DNA of 55,151 nt, counting the filler, from Jimgerdemannia flammicorona (taxonomy: Eukaryota): the NCBI GenBank assembly GCA_003990765.1. It is 3 parts of 3 records of this genome, joined end to end, with 100 filler letters (N's around TTAATTAATTAA, not from the genome) between each part and the next. Parts side by side here need not be neighbours in the genome. Positions count along the whole stretch, not along the records: positions 1 to 18,322 come from RBNJ01002239.1; positions 18,423 to 36,743 come from RBNJ01002240.1; 1 more part is not named here. The stretch is one strand, 5' to 3'. The notes beneath the pieces are model-generated. The model was not told the origin of the DNA. It made no database searches and saw only the letters and a program-made list of their open reading frames with translations. This document shows, piece by piece, positions 11,690 through 23,880 of the stretch (its first letter is position 1; every line of letters begins with the position of its first letter). Made by a program: the position numbers and the translations under genes.

Positions 11690-11975
11690 ATCAAATCCAG
11701 ATTTGATTCATCATATGATGATTTGATCTGAATCTCAAATCTGAAGCCATCTGAATCAACTTGGATTAATCTGAATCACCCATCTGAACTACCCCAATCT
11801 GAATCACTCAATTTAAATCACTCAATCCAAATCACTCAATCTAAATTACTCAATCTGAATTACTCAATCCAAATCCTTCAATTTGAATCCTTCAATTTGA
11901 ATTCTCCAATTTGAATCCTTCAATCTGAATCCTCATTTAAATCTTTCAACTAAATCCTCCAATCCAAATCCTCCA
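11690..11975. repeat. 14-bp tandem array (ATCTGAATCACTCA-like), probably subterminal repeats of a DNA transposon end
   Basis: More than 10 consecutive 14-mers. The motif resembles the ATCTGAATC/ATCCAGAT repeats in the MITE arms. Confidence 0.75.
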
Positions 11976-12019
11976 CATGACTCATATGTATACTGGATGT
12001 ATCTACATATACAATACAT

Positions 12020-14855
12020 TATCATATAGTGGTCACTGAGTCCTTCAAATATGCCAGATTCTCTTTAAGGTGTATCTCTTAGACTAACTCAAGTTTGTTA
12101 TAAGTAAGTTCTTATTAGAGTGCCTTCTCAAGATCTTATAGTTCTCAAACTTCTTATCTTTAAACTGTCTTGTTATCTCTTAGATTGCTTGCAAGGGATT
12201 ATGTATAAGTGAACCAGAACTGACTTTATTTCAGAGGAAATAAGAGGGGTATTTATACAAAATATAATTCAATGGTTGCTAAGATATAAAGCTAAATATA
12301 AATTTCAATAACTAAAATAAAATGCCAGGTCAGGAAAAACTACTAAGTTCCAGGGTCAGTACTGATGGTTGTACAGGTTCAGGGTACTGACATTATTCAG
12401 TATTACATCAAAATACTGATACTGGTATTATTCAGTGTTATATCAAAATACTGGTGCTGGTATTATTCAATATAACTAAGGAACTTAGAGCAGAATGTTC
12501 AGGACCATAGGGGCTTTATCATCAGAGGTCAGGATGTCTTTAAAGGAGATGAGATCTGTGAATTAATTATATAGGTCATGCATTTCACATATATTATGTG
12601 GGATGATGTCATCACCCAATGATGTCATCATGTTCAGTGGTAGGGATATTGGGAATAAGGAGATCTGGAGCTCTCCAGTCTATGAGGTTCTCTTCCACAA
12701 AATAGAAAACAAATGTGGGGTCTTGGGGAGGTCTAACCTGGATACTTGGGCCTTGTAATACTGAGATCAATTCTTGCAGGAATTAATCTGGGTTGTCCTG
12801 GAGAATGGGATACCAGAAGTCTTCTACTTCATCACTATTGAGAGTGATAGTGGACTGGGCTTCTGTAGTCACCCTGACTTCTAGTACATTGATACAGCAG
12901 GATGACAGGTCTCTGAAATCTGAGACTCTAACATACTCTAAGTTGGGGATCAACTATGGTGCATGTCTGAAGATCTGATGGATCTTCTTAGCCATCCTTG
13001 CCTCACATATATCTATGGGAGTGATATCTTGTAGCTCTTGGGGGCTGGCCTGTGGGAACTTCCAGTAGAGAATATTTCCTATTTCATACTCCTGCCACAT
13101 TTGGAGGCATTCAGTAGCAATGGTGATCCTGGTTTCTATTTTACAGTAGTAGAGAATATAGTGATAAGGGTCACCAGTACCCAGGTTGACACTAGAAGTC
13201 CTTCTTGAGCAGGTCCTCATAGCTCTTCTGATGTCTTGGAACATTCTTTCTTCGACTGAGGTATCTTGGTGATTCCTTGACCTTGAGATTTAGCAGTAGA
13301 CATTTTATTTATAGTGAGTCTTTGAGCTATTTTGGGATTAGTGGGTCTTATTGGTTGCTGTTACTGTGATTCCTTAATTCTTCTTTTATATTTCTCAAGA
13401 TGCTTATACTATAGTCACAATGACTCACAGTTGGTCATTATTGCTTATCTCATATGCCATATGATCTTCTTGTGCTCCAATCTGGTGGCTTGTAAGGAAA
13501 GACTATCTCCTATGCTGATGTCATTATTCTGGGGTCACCATTACATCTTCCTCCTGAATAAGGATCTTCTTGGGTATCCTTATTCATTAGTCCAGTCTTG
13601 AAAAATTTGCTGATCCCATAACCTCTAGTAAGGGGTCGAAAAGTGGTATTTATAGGCTGGTGTCTTCTCTTTGTATTTTGGTGTGATGGTGAAGAGTCAC
13701 TCTCTTTATATAGAATAAGGGTCTGATTCTGATCTTGACCAATCAGTTGATAGTTCAAACTCCTCTGGCTTTGAAAGTCTCATGGATGAGTAGTTACTGG
13801 TGCCATATCCCTTAGAGAATGGTCCAGACAGATAGCCTGCTGGTCATGGGACATGCTGTTATGATTCACAGACTAGAACCTTGTAGGCGGTCATTACATT
13901 TTGCTTCTCTTATATAGGTTCATGGTACTTCTTGAGTCTGTTCCTGTATACTATGGTAGGCAGTATGGTCTCTGAGATTTTTCTAAGCCAGAAGATAGTT
14001 TCCTTGATATCTTGCATATAGAAGAGTCCTTCCCATTTGGGCTCCAGTTTTTGTGACCATGAGGCTTCTACCATATTTTGATACAGTAGGACTTTTTCTC
14101 CAATTCGGATGGGTTCTAGAGTCTTGTGGTTCTTTTCCACATTCTTTCTTATCAGCACTTGTGACTTGATAATGTAATCTTCAGCCTTCTTCCTGATTTG
14201 GTATAGTCTTCAGATTTCTGTATTAACTTATCTCCAAGTTAGGTCTAGATTTGTGGCTGAGGTTCCATCAGAATCTTCTTCTCTGAAGAGCAGTTCTCTT
14301 GGAGTAAAGTGTGTGCTCTGTAACTGTATATCTCATAGGATAGAGAGGGCAGTTAGGAGATAGTTATCCCAATTTTCATATGTCTCTGAGATCTTCGCCA
14401 GGATGTTCTTGAGGATCTTATTGGTTCTCTCTGTCTGTCCATTTCCTTGAGGGTGGTATGCAGTGGTCTTGATGTGCTGGATCTTATATTTCTGATATAT
14501 TATCTTGTGAGATCTATTGACAAATTCTGTGCCATGGTCTGTTGTGATTTACTTTGGTGTCTTGTAGTAGCAGATGATTTCTTGGTACAGAAAGTCTGCT
14601 ATAGAGTGGGCATTAGTTTCTTGTAATGCTCCTGATTCTATCTATTTGATAAAGAGGTCTACAATAACTATAATATAGTAGTTTCCTGATAGTGTTACTG
14701 ATAGTGGCCCAATGATATCTATTGCAATATAGTAGAAGGAGATAGGCTCAATTCTTAATGACCTGGGTGCCTGGTCTTACTGATCTTGTTTCTATTTTTG
14801 GTACTTGTCACACCCTTTGACAAATTGGTGTAGGTCTTCTTCTATTTTGGGCCAC
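12020..14855 (-). mobile_element. Ty3/Gypsy family A, copy 2: integrase, accessory ORF and 3' LTR, truncated by a LINE
   Basis: Integrase is followed by ~1.7 kb matching 1-1727 in reverse complement. The LTR end has decayed to ...CTATATGATA. Confidence 0.88.
13910..14855 (-). pseudogene. Gypsy integrase (family A): core and GPY/F C-terminal region
   Basis: AIDIIGPL, ITTDHGTEFVN, TTAYHPQGNGQTERTN, KLEPKWEGLF...NRLKKY. Confidence 0.92.
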
Positions 14856-16200
14856 TTTTTTTTTTTTTTTTTTTATAGTCACTTGGACTCTTTCTTTATT
14901 ATCCTCATCTATCCCATATAAGTACAGTGAATCCACCCCCTATCCAATCCCCCTAGGGGGGCCCCTCCCCCCTATCCCTTCTTGATGAAACACCACTCTA
15001 TCGAAGACAATCCCCACTCTCCCACCACTCTGTTCACATATCCTTGTCACCAAACCTCGCCATTGCCCCCCTGAAGGACCCCAACCTATCCACCATCTAG
15101 TCATCAGATCCCCCAACAGCTCCTCTCACCTTAAAACCCTCTCCTGCAGTATCATCTGCTGCCTCTCCTCAAATACAAATAGCCAATATTCCACCAATCC
15201 CACCCAAACTGCTAACACCTACTCGACAGTAAGCCAACTATCACCCACTCCCCCACTAGCCAAGATCTCAAGTCCTCCCAGCAATCCCCCTCACTCTCTG
15301 GCCTATGCTCCACACCCAGTCTATTTCCTATTTCAACCCAAAAGTCCCTCAAAACTTCACACTCTCCCAGCCAATGTTCTGGTATCTGCACCAAACCCCT
15401 AGCTTGCCCTACATTGTAACACTCCTCATAATCGAAACAGCCACCCTCTACCAGATGCCCAGTGTGGAAATTCAGCATGACATTCCTCCACAGCATTCAC
15501 CACCACACCACCCAGAACTTGAGGGGAAGCCACTGCTGTACCTCTGTACTCCAAGACCAGATACCTGCCCAGTCCCACTCCTCACCAATCCTGACTGCCT
15601 GCCAACTACTCAGCCAAAGATCTCAGCCAAGACCCTGCTGACACTCCACTCTGTCCCCAATATCAAAAGCAGCAAGTGGAGTGCCCCTCAGTAGCAGTCT
15701 ATCTCATCGCCATATACTAGGTCTCCACAACACCTCCCCCTCATTGCCTTACCAGTGCAGACCAATTTGGTATGCTCCATTGACCACTCCTTACCAAAAG
15801 CCTTTAAACTGCAGCCTCTGAATTCTAGTGAGCCCTATCAAAGAGAGTAGATCTCCTGAGGACCCTCGGAGAGAGGTTCTCATCTCCCAAACCTTCTGCA
15901 GCAGAGGCACCCAACCCCCTCCATGTAGTTCAGCTGCTCTCTTCAACCACCAGACTCACAAACAGTGCAACCTCTTAGAGAAATCTACAAGGCCAAAACC
16001 TCCCCAGACCACCAGTGTTGCAAGAGTATCCCAACTGATCTAGGATCTCCTCCCTGCCCAAATCCAATCCCTAGCCACCTTTGTCAGCCTCTTCACCACC
16101 CAAGCTGGGAAGTCCAGATGGTAGGCCACATACTATAGCTTGGGGAACCAGTATATATTCAGAATTGATACCTGTAAGCACACAACCTCCAAGCTACTGA
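14856..16200 (-). mobile_element. L1/Tx1-type LINE 3' fragment with poly(A) tail
   Basis: T-run at 14856-14874 is a minus-strand poly(A). ORF 15212-15496 (PEHWLGECEVLRDFW) and GGFGLVDF are homologous to the ORF2 C-terminus at 34465-35230. Confidence 0.85.
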
Positions 16201-16239
16201 AATCACACATGACCTCCAAACAAATCTGAAAATCACCTG

Positions 16240-17975
16240 CTTGATCATGAAGCTGAGTCAATATGAAGTCACAGAACACAAGATTTACACAAACAGAATC
16301 TTACCAATCAGGACCAAATGCATATATACTGAGCACTAAGATATGTCAAATCAGAGAATCAAAACAAATAACAAACACAACTTCCAAACACATAAACATG
16401 ACCACTGAGATCTATACTCATATTCACGCTGACATTTGGAATGCCATTGTCAACCAAGCTATACTCCCTCTGCCCCTCATGAATATCCATAGCCTAGCAC
16501 CCCTCTACTTCATGGAAGTCCGATGGAATGCTCTGAACATGCTTAGCAAGGCCCACTGAATCGGACAAATCTCAAGCTATTACCAGATCAGCCACCTCCT
16601 GGAAGACATGATCGAACACCACCATGATATAGACATTACCCAGATATCTCAACACCAGAAGCTCATCACCTGCAAACATCGAGAACTCTTCTACAAGTAT
16701 AGTACCATTATTCTCTGCCTCTGAGTTACCACAGCCGAAATGATTGCTACCCTATCCTATAGCCAAATTGATGATATGATACAAGAACTCAACCACAAGT
16801 ACCTCAAGTATGTTGAAACCACAGACAGAACCTTCTCACACCCCAATGATTATATCCTGCAAATACCCCAAGTTGGATACACCATGAAGGATATCTATGA
16901 TATAATCCACTTTGATGAAGATGAAGCTGAAGATAATGATCCCTCTGATGCTGACATGACCTCTAGTCAAGAATCTCTGTCAACCCTGATCACACTGCCA
17001 ACCTTGCTGATGAACTTACAATAATTCATAACAGTATATATGACTTATTGGGACAATAACCACTGGCATAAATACCAACCTACATTCACCCCCGATTACT
17101 TCAACTACAATGAAGAGACTGGAGAACACAACCTGTACCTCCAGACAACCCTCGAGATTGAATCAACCATCTACCTCCTGAGTATGAGTGACATGAACCA
17201 TAGCCACCAGCTTACTACAACCCCATGACTCATAGTGCTGTAACCTACAGAAGGTATGCAGACAGTGAATCTGATGAAAGTGAAGATGATGCACCCCTCC
17301 TTCGCCCACCAACACCTTATCCAGTATATGAGACAGATGATGCTATTCTGTGGGATGGTGATGAAGTTTCAATATATTATTACCTCAGTGAACAAGGAGA
17401 AGTAATCTGTGAACCACTCTTCCTAGATGACTACTTCATCAGAGATGATGCAATCGATAATAATGTCATCGAAGACTACCCAGACAGTGCCTAAATCTAT
17501 AAATAGCCTAGCAGTCAGACGATCTCTTGATATATCAGATCACTCTTGTACTATATGACTGCATTCCGACTCAGCAAGGCACTTAGTGCTACATCTATAT
17601 TCAGCATAGTCCAGATAGCCCCACTAGTATAAATACCCCCTTCCCCAGACCTCAGAATCTCAGACTTGAACACTTGAACAATCCAAACACAACTCCTGAG
17701 CACTTCTCCACAATATCCCTTCACATAGCTACCCCTAGTATAGTAATATCATAAATAGCGAATAAACCTATTTAATAACCCACAAACCACTCTTAAGTAA
17801 ATCCACTTCCTGTTAGGTCCCACTCCTAACCCCATCATGAAATTTCCTAATTGGGTATTGTCTGCAGCGATACACCAATTCAACTAAGCTGGTCTTAGTT
17901 TCTTGAACTTCCTGAAATATGGAAAATCCTGAATATCCAGAACTAGTCCGAAAAAGGACTTCAGTTGAGACGTCA
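16240..17975 (+). mobile_element. Probable 3' accessory region and LTR of a third Gypsy-like family (C)
   Basis: In-frame ORF pieces 16398-17024 and 17040-17228, plus acidic ORF 17225-17494. These are followed by GTATAAATACCC (~17628) and AATAAA (17761), the same layout as family A. No pol in window. Confidence 0.55.
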
Positions 17976-18014
17976 ACCCAATCTTGAAATCAATAAGCAT
18001 AAAGGATGTACTCC

Positions 18015-18322
18015 ATTTAAGATCTTGGCTTGTAGGTAGGGTGGGGGATAGTTGGCTCACTGTAGAATGGGTGTTAGCAGTATGGGTGGGACTGGCAGGC
18101 CATTGGTTTTTTGTATTTGAAGAGGGGCAGCGGTTGGGGCTGCATAAGAAGGTATTAAGGTGGGAGGAGCTGGTGGGGGATCTGCTGACCAGATGGTGGG
18201 TGGGTTGGGGTCCTCAGGGAGGATGACGTCGCGGTTTGGTGATGAAGATCTATGAGCAGAGTGGTGGGAGGGTGGGGATGGTGTTTGACAAAGTGGTCTT
18301 TCACAGGGAAGGGGTAGGGGGG
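18015..18322 (+). mobile_element. LINE extreme 3' fragment
   Basis: LRSWLVGRVGDSWLTVEWVL... matches the reverse complement of ~14960-15270. Confidence 0.8.
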
Positions 18323-18422
18323 NNNNNNNNNNNNNNNNNNNNNNNNNNNNNNNNNNNNNNNNNNNNTTAATTAATTAANNNNNNNNNNNNNNNNNNNNNN
18401 NNNNNNNNNNNNNNNNNNNNNN
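18323..18422. other. Assembly spacer with artificial six-frame stop linker
   Basis: 100 bp: N44-TTAATTAATTAA-N44, identical in design to 36744-36843. Confidence 0.95.
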
Positions 18423-18437
18423 AAAAAAAAAAAAAAA

Positions 18438-20240
18438 GAGTTACCTGAGTCAAGGATCACCAAGATTAAAGTAGATGATGATGGTGAATCCTCCAATGAT
18501 AAGAGTAAACAAATGCGAAAATACTTCAATGTATATCAAGAGATATGTTCAGGATTAGGAAGTTATTGGGACATGACAGCAAGCTCTAGATAGTAGCAAT
18601 GTCAAGACTATATAAGCTATGCCAAAGTATATAAATGTGTGTATATTGTGATATCTTCTAGTGAGCCAAATATATATAATGAGACTAGGCAATATCTAGA
18701 CAGTAAGAAATAGAAACATGCAATGGATGAGGAATATGATTTGCTCATTAAGAATAGCACATGAGACCTAGTACCTCTTCTACCAAACTGTCAAGCGATT
18801 AGATCCAAATGGGTGTATAGGATAAAGTACAATGCCAATGGTAATGTAGAGCAATATAAAGCTCATTTTATTACCAAGGATTATTCACAGAATTATGGTA
18901 TAGACTATGTGATATTTTTGCTAGTATTGAAGCTTACTTTACTTAGAATTCTCCTTATGATCAGTATGATATATGATCTCGAAATCCATCATATAGATAT
19001 CAAGATGGTACAGAATTATATGTCTGGCAACCACAAGAATACAAACTATACAACAGCCCAAATGGCAAGCTTATATGCAAATTATACAAAAGACTATATT
19101 ATCAAATAAGCAGCATAATTATAGAATAAAAGAATCAATAAGCATCTACTTAACAATGGGTTCATATATTGTGAAGCAGATAATTGCATATATATCTAAT
19201 ATTATAATAATGGCATAGTATTTATTAGTATATTGGTCAATGATATAATCATCATTACTAGTAAGAACAGGCTCAATGAAGTAAAGGAAACTCTATACCA
19301 AGAATTCAAAATGACCAATATGGGTGAGATATTCTTCCTTTTGGAGGTATTGATTATATATGGTAGAAATGCATATATCATACACCTCTTGTAAGAAATA
19401 TATACGAAAGCCATTCTTGAATGCTTCAATATGAGTGAATGTAAGTCAGTTAGCACTTTTATGGAACTTCTGTAAAGTTAAGGAAGCCAAATACTATACT
19501 TAAGAATAATGACAACAATATGCCTACCAGAAATATTTCCTATTGGCAAACAGTTGGCTCTCTCATATATCTTATTCTAGGAATGAGACCTGACATATTA
19601 TATACTATAAATAAGATAGCACAGTATTCCTTCTACTATGATAATTCACAATATAGCACTGTTAAGTAGATTTTCCAATACTTAAAGAGATCAGTATACT
19701 ATATACTCATATTGGGTAGTGATATTGGATTGAGCAGGAATAATAGTAAGAGCAATAACATCTGGCTATCTAGTATATGTAATACTGATTGGGTTAGAGA
19801 CTTGGATGATTACTGCTCTATGACTAGATACCTCTTTCACTTTGGTAAAAATGACAAAGGGTCTATTGTTATATGGCAAACATATAAGCAGAGTTCTATG
19901 ATAATATCATTAATATAAGCAGAGTATCAGGTATTGTAATTGGCAACAAAGGTAGTCATTTGGCTCTGTGAACTATTTAAGAACTTGGATTTACTCAGGA
20001 GAGCACTATGCTATGCCAAGACAACCAGTCTACAATTGTACTTGCCAAGAATCTGGTACACTATAGTAGAATATAACATATTAATATACAGTATCATTTT
20101 GTATAGAAAATAGTACTATATATTCCCACAGAGTATATTATTGCAGACTCATTGACCAAAGCTCTCCCAAAACCAAAGTTCAAGCAATATGCTAAAGGAA
20201 TGGATCTTACAAGCTATACACCAGCATTCAGTTAACTGCA
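18438..20240 (+). mobile_element. Ty1/Copia retrotransposon fragment (RT-RNase H), degenerate
   Basis: RT motifs EPNIYNE, AMDEEYDLLIKNST*DLVPL, KWVYRIK...YKAHFITKDYSQNYGIDY and IHHIDIK. RNase H motifs TDWVRDLDD, QDNQSTIVLAKN and IADSLTKALPKPKF. Confidence 0.92.
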
Positions 20241-20577
20241 GGACAATTTTCAGACTATCAAAAGCCTCTTATACTCTCTATATATTTAACTTCTATATCA
20301 GTTATCTCTGTCATCTATGAGTTGATTATATATATTATATTCTTCATATTCTTCACCTATAGGTTGATGTTTTAGATATATTTTAGAATACTTTTCAACC
20401 TGCAAAAATTTTCACATTAGTCCAGACCTACATTATTGGTCTTTTACTATATTCTTTACTTATTTATATACTTATAAGTAGGGAATTTTGACCTTCTGCA
20501 GTTATCTAGATAGTACCCTGTTAGTCATGTTTAGTTTACTCTTATTTGCTTCTATTCTAGTTTGTATTCTTTTTTTG

Positions 20578-20582
<5 letters not shown>

Positions 20583-20649
<67 letters not shown>
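20583..20649. repeat. Poly(T) tract (67 nt)
   Basis: Homopolymer seen directly. Confidence 0.95.
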
Positions 20650-20655
<6 letters not shown>

Positions 20656-20759
20656 TATATCTTATTAAACAGAAGTGTTGAAATGGCAACTTGATATATC
20701 AGCATGTGATCTTATGCCATTCCATCAGATTTATGTCATTCATTAGTAATATAGGAAAA

Positions 20760-21480
20760 ATGTAATCTATATAACCTTAATGAAATCACCCCTCTTTTAC
20801 AACAGATATTATAGTTATTTATAAGCTAAATCTAAATTAGATAGAAAATAACTATTAATAATAGCTACAAAGTTTAATAGTATTAATTACAAAATAATAT
20901 TTTCATCAAAATATCATAATACTAAACTTATGACAAAGCTAAGAGATAGAAGGAAGTACTTTAAGAAAAAGAACTTTAGACAAAAGAAGGATTGAAAAAA
21001 AAATGTAAAAAAAAGATACAAATAAGAAAATTGTTAAAATATTTAAATTATATCTCTACAAGAAGTCTTTAAAGTACAAAAATCACTTCTTTAAGAAATC
21101 ATAGAAGAAATAATTCATAAATATATTTTTTTTCCTAAGTTTCATTGTAAATTAAACAATATTGAATATTTTTAGAGTTCTGTAAAGAAATATTATAGGT
21201 AAGTAATATAAATTAAATAATATTATAATTATTATATAATAATACTAATTATTAAATATATATATATTTATATATATATATTATAATATTTGGAACTCAG
21301 TGTAATTATACATTAATTAGACTTAAATAAAATATTCCTAAAGCTTTGGCTTCTGCTGATCTTTTTTTTATTTGTCAATATATACATTATTATAAAAATA
21401 TATAGATACTCATCAAGAACGTACATTAGCTAATACTAAAAATAATATAAAAAATATCATTCATATTACTATATCTCTTA
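20760..21480 (+). pseudogene. Extremely AT-eroded Tc1/IS630-like (DDE) transposase C-terminal remnant
   Basis: QEVFKVQKSLL*EII...HKYIFFPKFHCKLNNIEYF*SSVKKYYR matches the fungal QxDFxxQKS...GHxxIFLPKFHCELNxIExxW motif. Ends KYHSYYYIS* (KYKSHRRI-like). Confidence 0.65.
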
Positions 21481-21649
21481 AAAAATTATTTAAATTATAA
21501 TTATATCTAATAAATTATATATATACTAATTATATTAATTTTATATATATCAAAAAAAAATTATTTTATATATCAATATAATTATATTAAGTATTTTTAT
21601 TGAATAAACTCACTATTAGTATAAATAGTGAGTAGATATGAATGTTCTC

Positions 21650-22350
21650 AAATAGTAGCCTTAAGCAGTAGCTTGAGCAGCATGAGTTTTTGACTTGAGT
21701 AGCTTAAAGAGTATGAGTTTTTAGCTTGAGTAGCTTGAGTTTTTAGCTTCAGCATCTTGAGTTTTTGGTTTGAGGATCTCAATACTCTGATCTTAAATTT
21801 AAGACCAGATGTCCTAAAATCAAAAATCAGATAACCTTAAATCAAAGATCAGATTAACTTACATTAAAGGCCAGATAGTCTTAAATCAAGAGATTAAATA
21901 GTAAATCCTTGATGAGAACTGATTTATAATTAAGGCTAGTTACAATTTTGATCTTAAATCAAAGCTGGTCTTAGTCACATAATTTTAGTCTTAAATAATT
22001 AATATTTGACTTTAAAATTAAGTCAGACTCCTCTTATCAATCTTCTCTACTAAGTTTCTAAGACTCAAAACTATCAATAGAGACAGAACTATTAATAGAG
22101 ACAAATTATCAATAGAGATAGAACTATTAACAATAGAGTCAATGAAGGCAAACTATTGATGATATAGTAGATAGAGAGTGAACTATTGATGAGACAGAAT
22201 TGCTGAAAGAGGCAGTACTATTGATTGTGGAATCAATAGTAACTGAATTTTTAATAGAGATAGATTAATTGCTAGAGGCAGAACTATTGATAATGGAGTT
22301 GATAGAGATAGAACTATTAATGATAGAGTCAATAGAGACAGAATCATTGA
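21650..22350. repeat. Degenerate short tandem arrays (TTGAGTAGC; TTAAAATCAAA; GACAGAACTATTGAT)
   Basis: Three successive blocks of imperfect repeats, likely TE subterminal or low-complexity coding relics. Confidence 0.6.
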
Positions 22351-22364
22351 TGCATCTTTCTCCA

Positions 22365-23880
22365 CTACAATTCACATTACACAAACTTTTACAACATACT
22401 TTCAAGTCATTTATTAGAGAAAGACACTAAGATAATAGCAACCAGCAAGCAAGCAGATGTACATACTAGGTCAGGTGGACCTGGGGTCTTTGACTGGCAA
22501 CATGTCAGATGAGGGTATCGACTTAGGATGGGGCCTATCAGTGGTCTGAGTGGGCAGGACAGCTCAGGCAGTGGAAGCAACACTGGTGACAGAGCTGGAG
22601 GGCAGCAGGGGAGGAGCTTTGCAGATATACTGTGGGCTGGAGGTTGGCCAATCGGAACTTGAGGTGGGCAGACAGGAGAGAAGAGAAAGCAGAAGATTTG
22701 GAATGCTGGAGGTACTGGACCTCAGCTGGTGAGAGATAGGGCTAGTGGAGTAGCTGCTGGAAGTAGTGGTGGGACTGCTGATAGTTGTGTAACTGGGAAT
22801 CTGAAAAAAATTCCATATGTAACAGTTGATTGGTGGGCTGGGAAGTTGGGTCTGAAGTAGAAAAGAGATCTGGCTGATGGTGTGATGGGGCTGGTGGTGG
22901 TGCCATTACTCAAGAAGTCAATTTTGGAGTTTGTGGTGACCTTGTGTTTCAGGGGCCTGACTATGATGGCAACAATGGTTCTGGGGCATATATTGGAGCA
23001 GGTGGCTGGAGCAGCCTCAGTGAAGTTTCTGAAGGAGTTGGAGGGGGTGGAGGTGGGCTTTGAGGAGGTGGGCTCATTGGAGGAGACTTTGAAGTCTGGA
23101 GTGGCCATAGGAGAGGTAGTGGTCCCTATGGTATAGTACTTGAGGTAGGACCCCAGGGTGGTATAGTTACTGATAAAGGGGGTGGCTATGGTGATGAAGG
23201 ATGAGACTAGGAGGAGGGTGGAGGAGGTGATGGTGGAGTATAGCAATGTGGTTGATATCAGTTTCTAGGTGTGGGAGGGGACTACCTTTAGGATAGAAGA
23301 TGTAGATATCAGGATTAGACTGGCTGGAAGAGAGGTCACAGGGAAGACAAGTGACTGGCCCTCAGTATTGATGTGGGGGGCTTTTGTCTGCAAGGTGTCA
23401 AGGGTGAAAGGGAGTGAAGAGGAGGAGGAGGACTTGTCAGAGGCTCTTGAGGAGTTGAGTGGTGCTGTCGAGTGGAGGGCAAAGGCTTAGAAGTTGTATG
23501 AGGAGTTGACACACATGGAGATTATTGAAGAGAAGCATATTCACATTGATAAGAGGCAGTGGGAGAGGGCTCAAGGGTGCCAAAGGCAGAGGGAGCTGCT
23601 GGCAAGTATGGAAGGAGGGGCAAAGATGAAGGCTGAGGGCACTGAGAAGTCTGAGAGCATGGAGGCAAGTGTCTGGGCGAGTAAGGGAGGAGAAGCTGTG
23701 GAGGAGGTCCTGAAAGGGGCTGGGAAGATACCTCACAAAGACCGTTTTGCTGATGGTACATTCAAAGTCTGGGATCCAGTCATGGATAATACTCCCCCAC
23801 TGGTTAGGAGGGGTCCAGCTACAAGGGGTCAGGTGGCAGAGGATGAGCTGATGAGGGGCACTCAGTGGGGCAGACCTTTC
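22365..23880 (+). mobile_element. LINE 5' fragment (5' UTR and ORF1), diverged relative of the next element
   Basis: ORF1 pieces (VVPLLKKSILEF...; DIRIRLAGREVTGK...CKVS) align with 24360-24630 and 30710-31100. Shared 5' UTR motif CAGGTGGAC..CTTTGACTG.CA.CATG. Confidence 0.8.

Noticed and set aside
1..13725. One giant TIR element bounded by the 1.7-kb inverted repeats
   Set aside because: The repeats are LTR-retrotransposon 3' ends facing inward, and copy 2 continues into integrase.
18423..18437. Poly(A) as the tail of the LINE fragment at 18015-18322
   Set aside because: Plausible, but separated by an artificial spacer, so continuity cannot be supported.
20488..20705. Poly-Phe and poly-Lys ORFs (also 51609-51887)
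   Set aside because: Artefacts of homopolymer tracts.
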